From contig DF237146.1 of assembly GCA_000708835.1 (NCBI GenBank), positions 1-64,000 of the forward strand: DNA of 64,000 nucleotides. The letters are read 5' to 3'. The first letter of the stretch is position 1, and every line of letters starts with the position of its first letter. Under the pieces are notes generated by a model. It was not told the DNA's origin. It worked only from the letters and a program-made list of their open reading frames with translations, and searched no databases. Both the position numbers and the translations under genes were made by a program. Positions 1 to 11,976 of the stretch are shown in pieces. This stretch comes from Klebsormidium nitens. Its lineage: Eukaryota; Plantae; Klebsormidiophyceae.

Positions 1-441
1 AATAAGACCAGCTGCTGCCGCTCCCGCTCCAGCCGCTGCAGCCATGCTGGCTACTCGTCCAGATAAAGGAGTGACCAAACAAACTGCAGGTCCTCGAACA
101 GCCGCTCGATAGTTGAGAGCACTTGTCGCAGCTCCCCCGGTGCTGTCCGAACGTCGTCCGGGTCCCGACGGGACAGCTTCCGAATTCGGTGAAGCTCCCT
201 CCCCACTTGGTGAAGCAGGGTTGCGCGTTGAAGACGCAGCTCCGTGTGCTCGTACACACTCAGCTCTTGTCCCCTCCTCTCCGGATGCCCTGGGTTCCCC
301 CTGTGCGCCAAGACTGATCCATGGCGCAGACTCTCCGCTGGAATGCTTACGCAGCGAGTGTAACGTATTCTGCGCGCCGTCACCGTATGTCTAGGAGGTT
401 TTTACTTTGTTGGAAGCTGATTTGTGTTCCTAAATGTGCAG

Positions 442-1976
442 GCTCGAAGGACGAGTCGGAGGATGAACAGATGGCAATCTGCGTGGTACCGGAGAAGCCC
501 GTGGTGGATCCTCGATACATGAAAGTGAAGAGAAAGAGGGCAGAGAAGACGGTAAGGACAGCTTGTATCAGCGAAGGTGCTGTTGGCTTTGGCATGTGTC
601 CTTGGTTGGTCACCATGAATGCTGGGTTGTTGGAGCTTCCGTAGTTCAGCGCGTGTTTGAGGTATGTTGGGAGTAATCTGTTGTCCCCAACGGCCATACT
701 TGCTGACCCAACTGCAGAGTGTGGAGCGCGCGTTGGCGAGCGCATTGATGTTGAGCGACGCCATTGGTCACAACTTCTACCCGACGCCCGACGAGCTCTT
801 GTACTTTCGCGCCGTGCACGAGGGGATGGAGCCCACCGATGACGATGGCGAGCCGAACGACCACAGGGAGTGTTCTTCAAGAAGGAGGATTATGCTTACC
901 TTGTGAGCGAGCACACAAAGGCGTGCTCTTCAAAGCGCAGCGAGCTGTCAGGCGTGAGGGGGATCCGCGGGGAGTTTGATCGGATCGCAGAGTTCAACTT
1001 GAAGAACACGCTGGACGAGGACAAGGAGAAGGCAGAGGAGTGGGCGGAACGGATGCGTGGTAAAGTCATCTGCCCAGTCTATGACGTCACGATGTTCGAG
1101 TTGGCATATGCCAGTCGCAATGTCGTTCAAACGGTTTGCCCTGAAGCTTCAGTACGTTGCCGACGCTGAGTCAAGTTGGATTTGCGGTGACCCACTGAAG
1201 AGTTTGGCCGGCAAGTTTACCGTTGATGCGGGAAATGTGGTGCCATTGGTTTTTGCTTATTTCTGCACTGCTTGAATCCTCTTTATCCTCGCAGACGGCA
1301 AGTGGCACGAGGATGCGGACGGCGTACCGTTTTCGTCGCGAGTCATGTGTCTGATTGCCAAGCGGGTGTGGTGCGAGCCCGACATGGTGTTGACTGCCTA
1401 TCAGCTCGTTTGGACCTGCATGGTGGTACGTGCCCTCTCCCCTATTGTCAGCTGAGATTGTCAGCTGAGATTCTGAAGTTTGCGTGCTGCTGGGTGATTG
1501 CTAACAAGTGTTGTATGTCCGTGCATACACTGCGCCTCGCCATATGAGTGCCAGGCATTGCTTACAAAGCTGGCTCAATTTGTTGCACCAAGTCCGGTTG
1601 AAGCGTCGAGTCGCTGGAACACGTGAAGTAATCGATTCCTACGGTTGAAATGCAGGTGGAGGCCCACCTTCGTGGGCAGAACTTGGACAAGAACGACAAC
1701 GTCAACGCCAACAACATGCAGGCGATGGCGAAGGTCGTGGCGACCCGCTTAACCAAGGCACGGAAGGCCAAGCAGGTAACGAAGGTGACTGTGAAGGACC
1801 TCGACAAGGAGGTGACCGTCGACCTCATCCCCGCGTACATCGAGCTTGGCTTTCAAGACGCTGTGCGAGGAGGACGGAAGCAGAAGGATGCCAAGAAGCC
1901 TGGGAAGGAACGCAACACGGAGCAGGCTGCCTGGGACGAAATCTTGGGTGCGGGCAATGAGGATGAGCCCGTTTGA
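442..1976 (+). CDS. Multi-exon hypothetical protein (exons about 442-551, 718-1151, 1656-1976), with a 1-nt frameshift near 868; 5' end unresolved
   Basis: Donors GTAAGG (552) and GTACGT (1152) and acceptors TGCAG (441, 717, 1655). The two internal junctions are phase 0 and join protein-like frames: SKDESEDEQ...EKT | SVERALAS...NDHR / VFFKKEDY...PEAS | VEAHLRG...EDEPV*. The frame changes from 664-frame to 870-frame at CACAGGGAGTGTTC. No family recognised. Confidence 0.5.
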
Positions 1977-2020
1977 GGCACAGGTAGTAGTCACTTTGAT
2001 TAGCGTAGTGGCCAACTTGT

Positions 2021-2886
2021 TCAATGAACATTCGACAGTGGTTTGGATTGGATTTGGGGATAGTGGACTTGAAAACCACGTTTGCAACACATTGAACAGA
2101 GGAAAAACCACTTCCAAGGCTTGCCATTCCATGACGTCACTGGTCCAGGACGGCTGATGACGTCATCCAGAAAAGCGTAAGTCGCGACGGAGAGCTTCTA
2201 TTTGACGACGGGTCCGCCTCCAGAGGTCGCGTTATCAGCTATACTGACCCATGTCTTGACTGTATCACTGTAAGAAATGATAGCATCCGTTGTACTTGTC
2301 GGGCATGCGCAAGGCTCGCTCGCTGTGTGAATTGGATCCGGAATGCCCTCAGAATCTGCAGGCTTCCCCGTTGGCGAAAGGTATCCGGAACAAGCTAGAG
2401 GGGTGGTTTTCTTGGGGCTATTGGCACTCCAGCCAGTCAACGTGCCTCGAAAGCTACACAGGTGCAAGAATCGAGCCACGTCATTGACGCCATTAGCCAC
2501 GCTTTTGATGGAGCCTTCAGATCCAGAAATTTCGAATTCTTTACAGTTGCTAATTGGGTTTGTTCAGGACAGGGACGTGATGGCTTTTCCAGTCCCTCGC
2601 GCGCGCGCGCGTCCCTCGCGTTCATGAGCGCCAGCCATCTATACCCACCCAAGGCAGCCACCTCAGTGTCAAGCGCGGCGTTAGTGGTAGAATTGAGGTG
2701 CACGCTGAAGCTTTTTTCAAGGCACCCTGCTGATGCTAGGAAGGCTTCCTTCCAAAGACCAGTGTCTTTCTCGATTGCTTGGTGCAGCGAAGTAGAGACG
2801 CAGCTTGCCCTCAACAGAGAAAGTGGATCGTGCACAGCCAGCTTTTGTAGAATACACTGAACCAAGTCGTCCGGGAGACGCTCCAT
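2021..2886 (-). pseudogene. F-box gene, class II subfamily A, copy A1; disrupted
   Basis: MERLPDDLVQCILQKLAVHDPLSLLRASCV...LWKEAFLA is an F-box motif. Aligns with intact copy 7225-8178 apart from a 1-nt deletion at 2559-2561 and an in-frame TAG at 2198-2200. The C-terminal part (DVARFLHLCSFRG; SVATYAF; GKPWKW) is recoverable. Confidence 0.85.
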
Positions 2887-3415
2887 GGTCGCTATGAGAG
2901 CAAGCGGCCCTTGGCAATCCTGGTGATCTGGATTGGTATGATCAGCTCAGTGTGGCTCAGCTGCGAGGGAGCGCGCATCCGACCCGCGCGCGGCTCAGCT
3001 TGAGTGCGGCCGCGATATTAAAGAAGGTTTCAAAAGGTGGGCCGGGTCAGCTCACAGCCAACGTGAGCCGGCCGGCCGCGGCCAATACCGCCCAGCTAAG
3101 AATTGCAATTTAAGGCCAGTCACGCGGCCGCGCGAGAAACGTTCTGAGGCGCGCCCGGACGAACCTCAGGCAGCCACGTCGGGGCCGACCAGCGCGCGGC
3201 GCTCGTTAGGTACGCGGAGAGCCGCCGCCGCGCGTAGGCGACGCGGCCGGCCGGCCGGCAGGTTTCAGGGTGCGGCCGCCGCTCAAGCGACGCGCGGCAG
3301 TACTGATCGGATCGACGCGGCCCAGGTGACCAGGCCGGTCGCACTGCGGCTGTGCAAAATGGCAGCTCCGTTCACTTCGCTACAAGATCTAAGCTGCTAC
3401 TAAATCCCCGCCGCT
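2887..3415. promoter_or_regulatory. Shared divergent spacer / putative bidirectional promoter (A1-B1)
   Basis: GC- and CpG-rich. GCGGCCGC at 3006, 3124 and 3272. The block CAGCTCAGT..ACCCGCGCGCGGCTC..GCGGCCGCG..AAGGTTTCAA is also present at 6160-6243 and 8214-8310. Confidence 0.55.
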
Positions 3416-3753
3416 ATGGACCAGTTGCCTTCCAAGCGACGTCGTTTTGTTGATCCTCCGGAAGCTGGCAGTGCAAGAGCCGTTCTCCTGCTTCGCGTCA
3501 CGTGCGCTTTGACGCCCTTCCACCGCGCAGCAGCAGCCAATCCAGAGGTCTGTCCAGAACGAAGCACTTTACGGCTGAAAAAAGGGACACGTTGATTGCC
3601 GTCGTGGATTCCGCAGGAGGTTTCCAAACTGGACGCGCAAGTGGATGCGCGAGGACTCGTTTCGAGCGTCTGCTGACAGCAAAACTGTGCGCGACGCAAA
3701 GCAGCAGAGAGTCTGATCAAAAACAGAAGTGCAGCGAGTGCGGAACCCAGTAG
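3416..3753 (+). pseudogene. F-box gene, class I subfamily B, copy B1; frameshifted and truncated
   Basis: ATG 3416. Piecewise translation MDQL/PSDVVLLILRKLAVQEP/LLRVTCALTPFHRAAAANPEV.../KLDAQVDARG/RLLTAKL...QKCSEC matches 8671 and 47772 with several indels. Confidence 0.8.
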
Positions 3754-5206
3754 AGCGTTTACCACTGAACAGCAAAGTTACTGCAATGATGACCCCGATT
3801 ATGTCATGAACATTCCCTCTTTTGCAATTAGAGTTCGAGAATTTATATATCCATGATGTCGATGCATGTTTAAGGATTCAAAGCCCTGACCATCGTTGAT
3901 TTCAATAACGGCCTTCGTTCAAGGCGTCCGGAAACCTAATCCAGACAACCGCACATAAAATCTCTGGGCGTAGATCCAGTTATAACCCAGTTTCTCGTGC
4001 AGCCCGAAGTGATCTGAACATCGATCCCACAAATCAAACAACTGTTTACTCGGAATTAAGACAGGCCGCGCTGGCAACAAGATAAACACCGTCACGAGAA
4101 CTTCGCAAGTAGACAAAGAATAGACTTGCGCTTCGTCACGACATTCCCACGCGACGCGTTCTTCTCGCGCTGCACAAAAAATGAATCTGCTCTGGGCCCT
4201 TGCAAATCACGAGCTGCAATTAAAAGCCACGCAGTACCCCCTGGTGACATTCATTCTGCCGCGAGGAATGTGCGGGCGCTTGCCAACGCGCGTCGGACTT
4301 CCTACAACTTAAGTTTTCTGCAAAGATCTTCGGTACGGGCGTTAAGATGTGATGTATGTATGTGTCCTTTTGTCGAGGAGCTGATCGAACTTGAGTGCAT
4401 GATGGATCGCTGCAGACTTTGGCACTCGAACTTTCTTCGTAAGCGGAACATCGATGTCACCAGGAGGCATTCATTATATAATTCATAGTGGAAATATTTT
4501 AAAGGCTAGCTGTCCGAAACGATTGTGTGTTTGAGATATACAACGAGAAGCTTTTATTTCCAATCTGAATGGATCACATGATGCACGATCGAATAGATAT
4601 ACAAATCATTTTCTCATGATCAGACCATGCCGCCGTGCCCGCATGCCACTCTATGGCTCTAAACGACGCCAGCTGGCAACCAGCCAGACGGACTCGGAGC
4701 GGTCTGCACCGTTCAAATTGACACTTATCAACACACGATCATGCTGCCGTCAAATTTTGTCGAGGGGGCCAGAACTTCGAAACCTCCTCCATTATCTGAA
4801 TGCCCGTATGTAAATATCAAATCCCTCACCCCTGATCGTGACGCCCTGACACAATCCTTTGGGAACTGTAACCCAGTTTTACTCCCCAGATGCACTCACA
4901 TTTTCATACCTATCTTTGAGTGCCAGAAAGACAGACGTCGCCTTCTTGCCTACGTGTCTACTCATGTGACGTGAATTCAACGATGGTGAAGCTTTTATAA
5001 GCTTCCTGGGGCCAGAAGTATGTAAGGAAATTTGCACAACCTTCATTGAAGCTAGCCAATGAGGTTCCTCCCCTTGACTCAAAGAAGCTAGCCAACCGCC
5101 ATTACATTGAGGAAACAAAGGAAAACGTATCTTTCAGTCAACGGCCATCCAAGAATTCAGCTGGAAACACTGCACCTCCGGATGCCCTTTGATGCCCTGT
5201 TTCCAA

Positions 5207-6108
5207 CTAAAATATCGACCCCAGCCAGAGCAGTAATTTCGTGACCCCAGACGTCTGGCTTGCCCGGTCAGGGGTTCGCGACACAAGATACACCTTTCCC
5301 TCGCATTGAGGAAGGACGCACTCGACGCCGTCACGCTTTGAATAGTAATCAAAAGACCACTGCCAAGGCTTGCCCTCGCATGACGTCACTGGTCCAGGAT
5401 GGCTGATGACGTCACCCAGGAAAGCGTACGTCTCGACGGTGAGCTTCTCTTCAACGAAGCGTTTGCCTTCTAAGGTCGTTCTACCAGCTCTCTTGATCCA
5501 ACACTCGACTAATTCATCGAAATAAACGCCTGTACATTCCGCATCGTTTGTAGGGCTTGATTCTGGGTCATAATCGCACGCAGAAACAAATACGCTCACG
5601 TCGTCTCCGGGTTTCCCGCTTGGTAGAATGTCATTTGAGCAAAGCAGGGGCAACGTTGCCTCTGGATTACAGGCCCTCCAGCCAATTAAGGTCCGCCGAA
5701 ACCTATACAGGTCCAAGAATCGAGCCACATCAGTGCTGGACCTCTCACCAGACGCTGTTGTACGAGTGCACTCGAGGGAGTTTGTTCAGAAGCCGGACGT
5801 GATGGCCTTTCGAGCCCCGCGCGCGTGCGCGCGCCCCTCGCTTTCATGAGCGCGAGCCGTCTATACCCGCCCAAGGAAGCCACTTCGGTGTCAAGCGCGG
5901 CGTTAGCGGTAGCACTCAAGAGCGCGTCGCAGCTTTGTTCAAGAGACCCTGGTGATGCTAGGAAAACTTTCTTCCAAAGACCAGTGTCTTTCTCGATTGC
6001 TTGATGCAACGAAGTAGAGACGCAGCTTGCTCTCAACAAGGAAACGGGGTCTTGCACAGCCAGCTTTTGGAGAATGCACTGAATCAAGTCGTGCGGGAGA
6101 CGCTCCAT
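5207..6108 (-). pseudogene. F-box gene, class II subfamily A, copy A2; single frameshift
   Basis: MERLPHDLIQCILQKLAVQDPVSLLRASCV. The only lesion seen is a 1-nt deletion at 5781-5783. The downstream frame (5207-5728, 173 aa) is open and ends KLLLWLGSIF, like the intact KLGLWLRSVF. Confidence 0.85.
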
Positions 6109-6417
6109 GGTGGCCAAGCGAGGAAGCAGCCGTCAATCTTGGGTCGAGATTGCTTTGCTTAGCTCAGTACCCATCGGTCAAGCCGACCCGCGTGCGGCTC
6201 ACGCCCGTGCGCGGCCGCGTAACGGAAAAGGGGTTTTCAAAGTTGGGCGAAGTTGAGACGGCGGCCGGCCGCCACCGCACAGAACGATTCGGAGGTCACG
6301 GAACGGTTTACGGTCAATTTAGACGGCCGCCCTCCGTCGAGTTCTTTGAGGGCGGTGCAAGCAACGTGCGGGGTTGGCGCCTTTCTATACGGTTCCAGTG
6401 GCCTCTTAGGAGACCCG

Positions 6418-6830
6418 CTCTGTATAAGCTGTTCCATTAAATCTGTATATTGAAAGCGCTTGTTGGCATCAGGACAAGTTAAACAACAAACAGGTAAATG
6501 AGGTCCTTGTTGCCCACGACTCTTCTTATTTGAATGATGCGACCAAAAGTCGCTGTTCAGAACCGATCACACCGTTTGCAAGGATGACTGCTGAGTGAAG
6601 TTCCTCGGCGAGGCACCCACTCCGAGTTCTAAACTTGTGGGCTTTTGTATGTATGATTTCTTCTCGTCGTCAAGTAATCATACCATCAATAAGCCAGGCC
6701 CTCCAACGTACTGCCCCGTCAAAGAAAGGAACACAAGACTCGACTCGACTACGAATTCATGCTGCAGACTTATTTGCAACGGATCCGGAGTTCCTGCATG
6801 AGCCCTCGTCTATAACACATGGTCTTTTGT
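6418..6830 (+). pseudogene. Heavily decayed class I (B-type) relic facing copy A2
   Basis: CCCGCT-CTG matches the CCGCT-ATG start context of B copies. Faint remnants GGACAAGTT (EQV-like), TCTAAACTT (SKL) and ADLF. Similar sequence occurs at about 4600-4900. Confidence 0.35.
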
Positions 6831-7224
6831 GCTCTCACCAAAGCCGTCAGAAATCGCAACCTATCGTTTCGTGTCAAGCGCCAAGTGACATCAAGCGTAT
6901 TTTTGTTCACTCAGCACGAAAGAAGTCAACCTCATGCATGCGGTGATGTCCTGGGCGCAAATCTTGTTTTTCTCCTCAGGCAGGGCTTGGGCTACAAGAA
7001 TTGCAATGAGAGATTATCAACACAAATAAAATATCTTCGATATCATGAGCCACAACTTGCGAGTTGGTAGTGCAAACACAATAAGCTGATTACGATATGG
7101 CGGAGACGGTAATCTACCGTACTTCGTAGTAGAACGGCCAATCGGAGCCCTACAGCTCCAAGCAGCATTCCGTCCGGATATACATCTGAAACAAATGTAT
7201 GCTATTACCATGCCTCGCTTCCAA

Positions 7225-8178
7225 CTAGAAGACTGACCTCAGCCACAGACCTAGCTTGCTGTACTCATTCTCCTGCCTTGCCCGATCAGGGGCTCGGGAC
7301 ACAAAGAAGCTCTTTCCCTTGCATTTTGCCAGAACGTACTTGGCTCCGTCGACGTGCGCATTGATAAGAAAAGGCCACTGCCAAGGCCTGCCCTCCCGTG
7401 ACGTTACAGCTCCAGGAGCGTCCAAGACGTCACCCAGGAAAACGTAGGTCTCGACGCAGAGCTCTTCTTCGGCGACGTTTTTTCCGTCCAAGGTCGTGCA
7501 GCTACCCGCTAACTTTGCCCATGCTTTGATGACGTCATCAAAAAGAACGCCTGTACTCTTGATGTCGCCTGTAGGGCTTGATTCAAGTACAGGTTCATCC
7601 CTCAAATCCTTGATAGACATACCCACAGACCCTTCGAAGTACCAGCTTGGTAGAGGGAAGGTGGAAGGAGGCAGGCCGGGCGAGGTTTCAGTAGGACTGC
7701 CAGTACACCAGCCGAATACTGTCCCACGCAGTCTACACAGGTGCAGATATCGGTTCACGTCCGAGGCATTTGCGTACAGTTCGTCCATTGGCAGGTTTGC
7801 TTCGAACTTTCCCCTCCATATGGCAAAGGGGTTTTGTTCAAAAAATGGACGTAGCAGCTTTTCTAGCCGCGAAGTAGGGCGCACGTGCCTCGCTTTTATG
7901 AGCGCCAGCCGTCTATACCACCCGCCCAAAGAAGCGACGACGATGTCAAGCTTGCCGCTAACTGCGGTAGCTTCTGAATGCACGAGGCTAAGTTCTTGAG
8001 AAGCCTCCAAACCCACTGGGGTCAGAAAAGACTTCTTCCAGATAGCACTATCTTTGTCTTTTTCAACCGCCTGGTGGAAATTTCTGCAAACGCAGCTCGC
8101 CTTCAACAGGGAGAGGGGGTCCTGCACAGCAAGCTTCCGGAAAATATGCTGAACCAAGTCGTCCGGGAGACGCTCCAT
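7225..8178 (-). CDS. F-box protein, class II subfamily A, intact, 317 aa, intronless
   Basis: Uninterrupted ORF with N-terminal F-box LPDDLVQHIFRKL...ASCVCRNFH...IWK. C-terminal region not recognised. Confidence 0.9.
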   Translation of the reverse strand: MERLPDDLVQHIFRKLAVQDPLSLLKASCVCRNFHQAVEKDKDSAIWKKSFLTPVGLEASQELSLVHSEATAVSGKLDIVVASLGGWYRRLALIKARHVRPTSRLEKLLRPFFEQNPFAIWRGKFEANLPMDELYANASDVNRYLHLCRLRGTVFGWCTGSPTETSPGLPPSTFPLPSWYFEGSVGMSIKDLRDEPVLESSPTGDIKSTGVLFDDVIKAWAKLAGSCTTLDGKNVAEEELCVETYVFLGDVLDAPGAVTSREGRPWQWPFLINAHVDGAKYVLAKCKGKSFFVSRAPDRARQENEYSKLGLWLRSVF

Positions 8179-8670
8179 GGTCGCGAGAGAAAGCGGCGTG
8201 ATTAGATGGACTGCTCAGCTCAGTGCAGCTTAGAGGAGCTTACACAAGTTGGCCCGCGCGCGGCGCGGCTCGGCACTTCGCGCGGCCACGACACGAAAGG
8301 GGGTTTCGAGAGCAGGGTCAGCACCGCCGCGGAACTGGGCGCTTGGTCAGCAGCTTGCCCAATTCGGAGGGTTTGCGATTCAAGGGCGGCCGTCGCCAGT
8401 CAGGCGGCAAAAAGTTGGAAGGCGCGTTCGAAAAAGGCGCGCGCGCGCCCGTGCGAAGTGACCAACAGCGCAGCCAGGCGGGCGGCCCCGCCGGCGCAGA
8501 CCCGCGGCGGCCGCGTGCCGCAAGCGTTGTCGCGTTGCGACGCGGCAACGCGCGGCCTACAGGCTTCAGAAGGTTAAAGATGCGGCCGCTCAAGCGAAGT
8601 CAGGATGCGGTCAACCAGGGTCGTGAGGCCGCTGTTTAGACTCTGTTTAGTTCTTCTACGGCCCCCCGCT
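8179..8670. promoter_or_regulatory. Shared divergent spacer / putative bidirectional promoter (A3-B3)
   Basis: GC-rich. GCGGCCGC at 8507 and 8582, GGGGTTTC near 8300. A partial copy of this spacer (GGTTTGCGATTCAAGG) recurs near 10330. Confidence 0.55.
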
Positions 8671-9505
8671 ATGGACCGCCTTCCAAGCGACGTTGTTCTG
8701 CTGATCGTCCGCAAGCTGGCAGTGCAAGAGCAAGTTTCTTTGCTCCGCGCCACGTGTGCCTTGGCGCCCTTCCACCGGGCGGCAGCAGCCAGTCCAGAGG
8801 TTTGGAAGGAAGCATTTTACGGGTGGGAAGAGGTCAAGGCACGCACTACCCGGCGTATTTTCCGGAGGAGGTTTCCAAACTGGATGCGGAAGTGGATGCG
8901 CGAGGGGGTGTCAGGCGTCTGCTGACAGCAAAACTGCGCGCGACGCATAACATCAGAGAATCTGAACAAAACAGAAGTGCAGTGAGTGCGGAGCCCATCC
9001 GATCGATGGTTGCTTTCAGCCGCAGCTCTTAAACGGCGGACTGCTTATTGTCGCCCGGATTTGCAACCATCCTCTTTCGTGGGGCCTCTTCGCTCAGGAA
9101 CGTTTCCCAACAGTACTTCCGCATCTGGACACCGGCTATTACACGGCGGGCCTTCTTCTCCAACGGATGTGTTCACTAACTTGGAAGGAAGATTTCATCA
9201 CAGGTGGTCGAAGGAGCCGCGATTCATTGGGAGAAAGCTTCAAAATGATAACCGTCGAAGCGTACGGATTCGGTTGTTCCCTTAAAAACGAGCGGAGTGT
9301 ATCGAAGATGGACGAAGTCTGGTTTGGAAACTTTCATCAAATCAATATCTGGCAGCGTAGTCTATGGGATGGTGCCTACACTATCTGGGGCGCCATTATG
9401 GGTCCAAATCGTGACCCTTGTGCCGAAATATGTTCACGAGGAAACTATCCACTGTTCCAGATCGATGCGCGGATTTTTCCGGAGTGGATGCGGTTCAACA
9501 ACTGA
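8671..9505 (+). pseudogene. F-box gene, class I subfamily B, copy B3; two frameshifts
   Basis: MDRLPSDVVLLIVRKLAVQE...PEVWKEAFYG, then frame 8754 (SKLDAEVDARGGVRRLLTAKL...SEQN), then frame 9167 (FQPQLLNGGLLIVARI...ITVEAYGF). Collinear with 47772-48527. Confidence 0.85.
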
Positions 9506-11019
9506 TCAGGAACCCGTAGAGGCGTAGATGAACCCACTGGCAATTTCCTACATGATATCTTTGAAGGAATAGGAAGATGAGTACGTCTGGAGCGCCCAAA
9601 AGTGCGACTCGTGAGCTGCCAAGACACGGTGTCAGAACTTCATCTGGAAGTAAAGTATGCCCAGCACCTTTAACTCCAAAGGATTGGATGAAAACCTTTA
9701 TGAGATCAAGTCTGCAAAGCGATAGCCTCAAGTCCTTGATCAGCGGAAGAAGAGCAGCAAGAGCCAATACTATGCAGCGGATATCGTGTATGAAACTTCC
9801 GAGTCAACGATAATTGTACTCCGTGTTGAAGACTGGAAGGATGCAAGTGCGGGTCCACTGAATGAATTTAGATCGGACAGATTCCCTCTAATTGTCTTGC
9901 AATCAGGATACATATAAGTACCGGTAGCCCCGCTTCGAAGGCTTTACCAACACTATATTTGCTTGCCAGTCCGTCTACTTTTCGAATATCCGACTTACCT
10001 CCACTATTGACTTGTTTCTTCTGCATGTGGTTAACGATATAGTGCAAGATGGTTGTTACTGCATGTACTCTAGACGAGCTTTGATCGCGGCTTGGTACGT
10101 ACTACATTCACATCTCATGCAACCAGACTTTTTTCAAGAACAAACCATGCACCAACTGGGTCAGAAGGTTGCGGCCCTGTACGATAGTCACGACTACATT
10201 GTTTAGAAGCGCGTCCTTCGCTGCCAAAGAATGCAGGAGGTGTCGAAAAGATTCTTACTTGGGTGCCTTTCGCCTTTTGCCTTTCGCGGCGTTCTCTTCC
10301 TTCAGTGGGCGGGCAGAGCGCATTTTAAGAGGTTTGCGATTCAAGGCGGCCGCTCGCGGCCGCCTCTTCTTCGGTTCAAAAATAAAAGCCGTTGCTAGCG
10401 CTGCCGCGCCCAGAGAGTTGGCTAAGTTTAGAAGATTCGCTGGCAGAGACAGATTGGAAAAGTTTCTGATGCTCGTCTGGGCGTCCTATGTTCCAGAATG
10501 AAGGAGACTGGAACAAGGTTGGGCCACAGGCTGGGCAGAAGTTGATATTGACACGGTAGGAAAGTTCGAAAGCAAGCGATTACTTGTTTAAGATTCGGAA
10601 TTTGACCAATCAATCTTCGTGAGCACCTTATATATTCAATCTGTGATGCGAACCGGCTGCGGGCCCATTGAGTACGTTGATTTGCCAGTACGCTTCAGAT
10701 TTTCAGGTACACTCGTGCACTTCAGTCCTGAGGGGAATATTCATCGGACAGCTTAGATTCCATCGTGAAAAGCGACTTCGGCGACCAAGCTAGCGCCGTG
10801 GGGCGTTGTCTGGTCGCCGGAGGGCCCAACGCTGAAAGTTTCGACAGACGCGTTCGGCTGCGCGGCCCGCAGCGCGCGCTACCCTGGCGGGCGCTGCGTC
10901 GAGAGGGTTTCACAGCAATTGTTAAGCTCCTCACGTCAGTCAAAGCGGCCGCGAACCCAATTCGGGCGCTACCCGGCAGATTCTCCATAACAACAGGGAC
11001 CGGAGAGAGGGAGGACGAC

Positions 11020-11976
11020 ATGGAGGCCCTTCCGGGCGACGTTTTCGTGGTGCTTCTTCACAAGCTTGCTGTTCAGGACCCTCTTTCTCTCGTGCGCGCC
11101 ACGTGTGCCTGGGCGCCCTTTTATCGCGCTTCAAAAGAAAACCCTAGTGTCTGGAGGGAAGCATTTTATGGAGGGGCAGGAGAAGAGGAGCGAGAAGACT
11201 CTTCAAAGTTAGATGACCAAGTGGAGATTTTAGGAGGGTACATGCTCTTGGTAAAAAGGAGGCTGCTTGTTTGTTCAAACGGCGCATATGATAGAGCTAG
11301 AGAAGACTTGAAGGCATGCGCAGAAGGCAACTCCTTGGATGCTCCCGGACGCAGCTTTGAGTCGAACATGTTTCCTGGAAGTATTCTCATCCTGGTTAGA
11401 TTGGAAGGGATGCTGCTCTTGTGGGGTCACTCTGACATTCAACAAAGACTAGCGCCGCGCGCAAAAGATTCGAGGACGTTCAGGGGGTTTTGGATGAACC
11501 TTCCTCTCGAGCAGCTTTATCCAGCTGATAGCTCATTGGAAAGGATGTTGAGAAGAGCTCGGGACGGAGTCAATGAAGAGCTATCCTGCTACCTCACAGG
11601 GCGGGCTAAGGAGGCCCTGTCTATTGACCTGTACGCTTCCACTGCGAAGGAAAATTGGTTAGAAGAACGGGGCGCAGCTACTCATTCGGTAGGGAACAGC
11701 GCTTTCCTCGGAGTCTTCCATTCGCTCGACGTCATGCGTGGTAAAGACGACGGCTTGTCATTGTGGGGTCACATCAAAGCAGAGACTTCATGGACTCCAA
11801 ATGGGAAAAAAGAGGGGAGAGTATTGGGGTTTCGATTTGTATCTGTTCCAGGCTGGTCCTTCTCTTGGTGCTTGAACGAGGAGCGGCAAGCAGACTTAGA
11901 GAAACTGAGTCCACGAGAACGAGCGCGCCTCGCGAAGTCTACAATCAGTGTGAAACTAGGAGTACGTCGTGATTGA
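11020..11976 (+). CDS. F-box protein, class I subfamily C, intact, 318 aa, intronless
   Basis: ATG 11020 chosen by paralog alignment (MEALPGDVFVVLLHKLAVQDPLSL). The ORF extension to 10765 is spacer DNA. Clearly similar along its whole length to 41355-42356. Confidence 0.9.
   Translation: MEALPGDVFVVLLHKLAVQDPLSLVRATCAWAPFYRASKENPSVWREAFYGGAGEEEREDSSKLDDQVEILGGYMLLVKRRLLVCSNGAYDRAREDLKACAEGNSLDAPGRSFESNMFPGSILILVRLEGMLLLWGHSDIQQRLAPRAKDSRTFRGFWMNLPLEQLYPADSSLERMLRRARDGVNEELSCYLTGRAKEALSIDLYASTAKENWLEERGAATHSVGNSAFLGVFHSLDVMRGKDDGLSLWGHIKAETSWTPNGKKEGRVLGFRFVSVPGWSFSWCLNEERQADLEKLSPRERARLAKSTISVKLGVRRD

Noticed and set aside
343-360. HSLRKH on the minus strand, resembling tyrosine recombinase box II
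   Set aside because: The frame has a stop just upstream, no catalytic R, H/W or Y in proper spacing, and the surrounding translation is low-complexity shadow sequence.
2500-2575. Short GT-AG introns (62 nt in A1, 44 nt in A2) that would repair the shared frameshift
   Set aside because: Donors (GTCCCT, GTCCGG) are poor, and the same bases are coding in the intact paralog. A 1-nt deletion explains both. Not fully excluded without RNA data.
10765-11019. N-terminal extensions of ORFs 10765-11976 and 47772-48884
   Set aside because: All paralogs start at the M before the F-box. The extensions are stop-poor GC-rich spacer.
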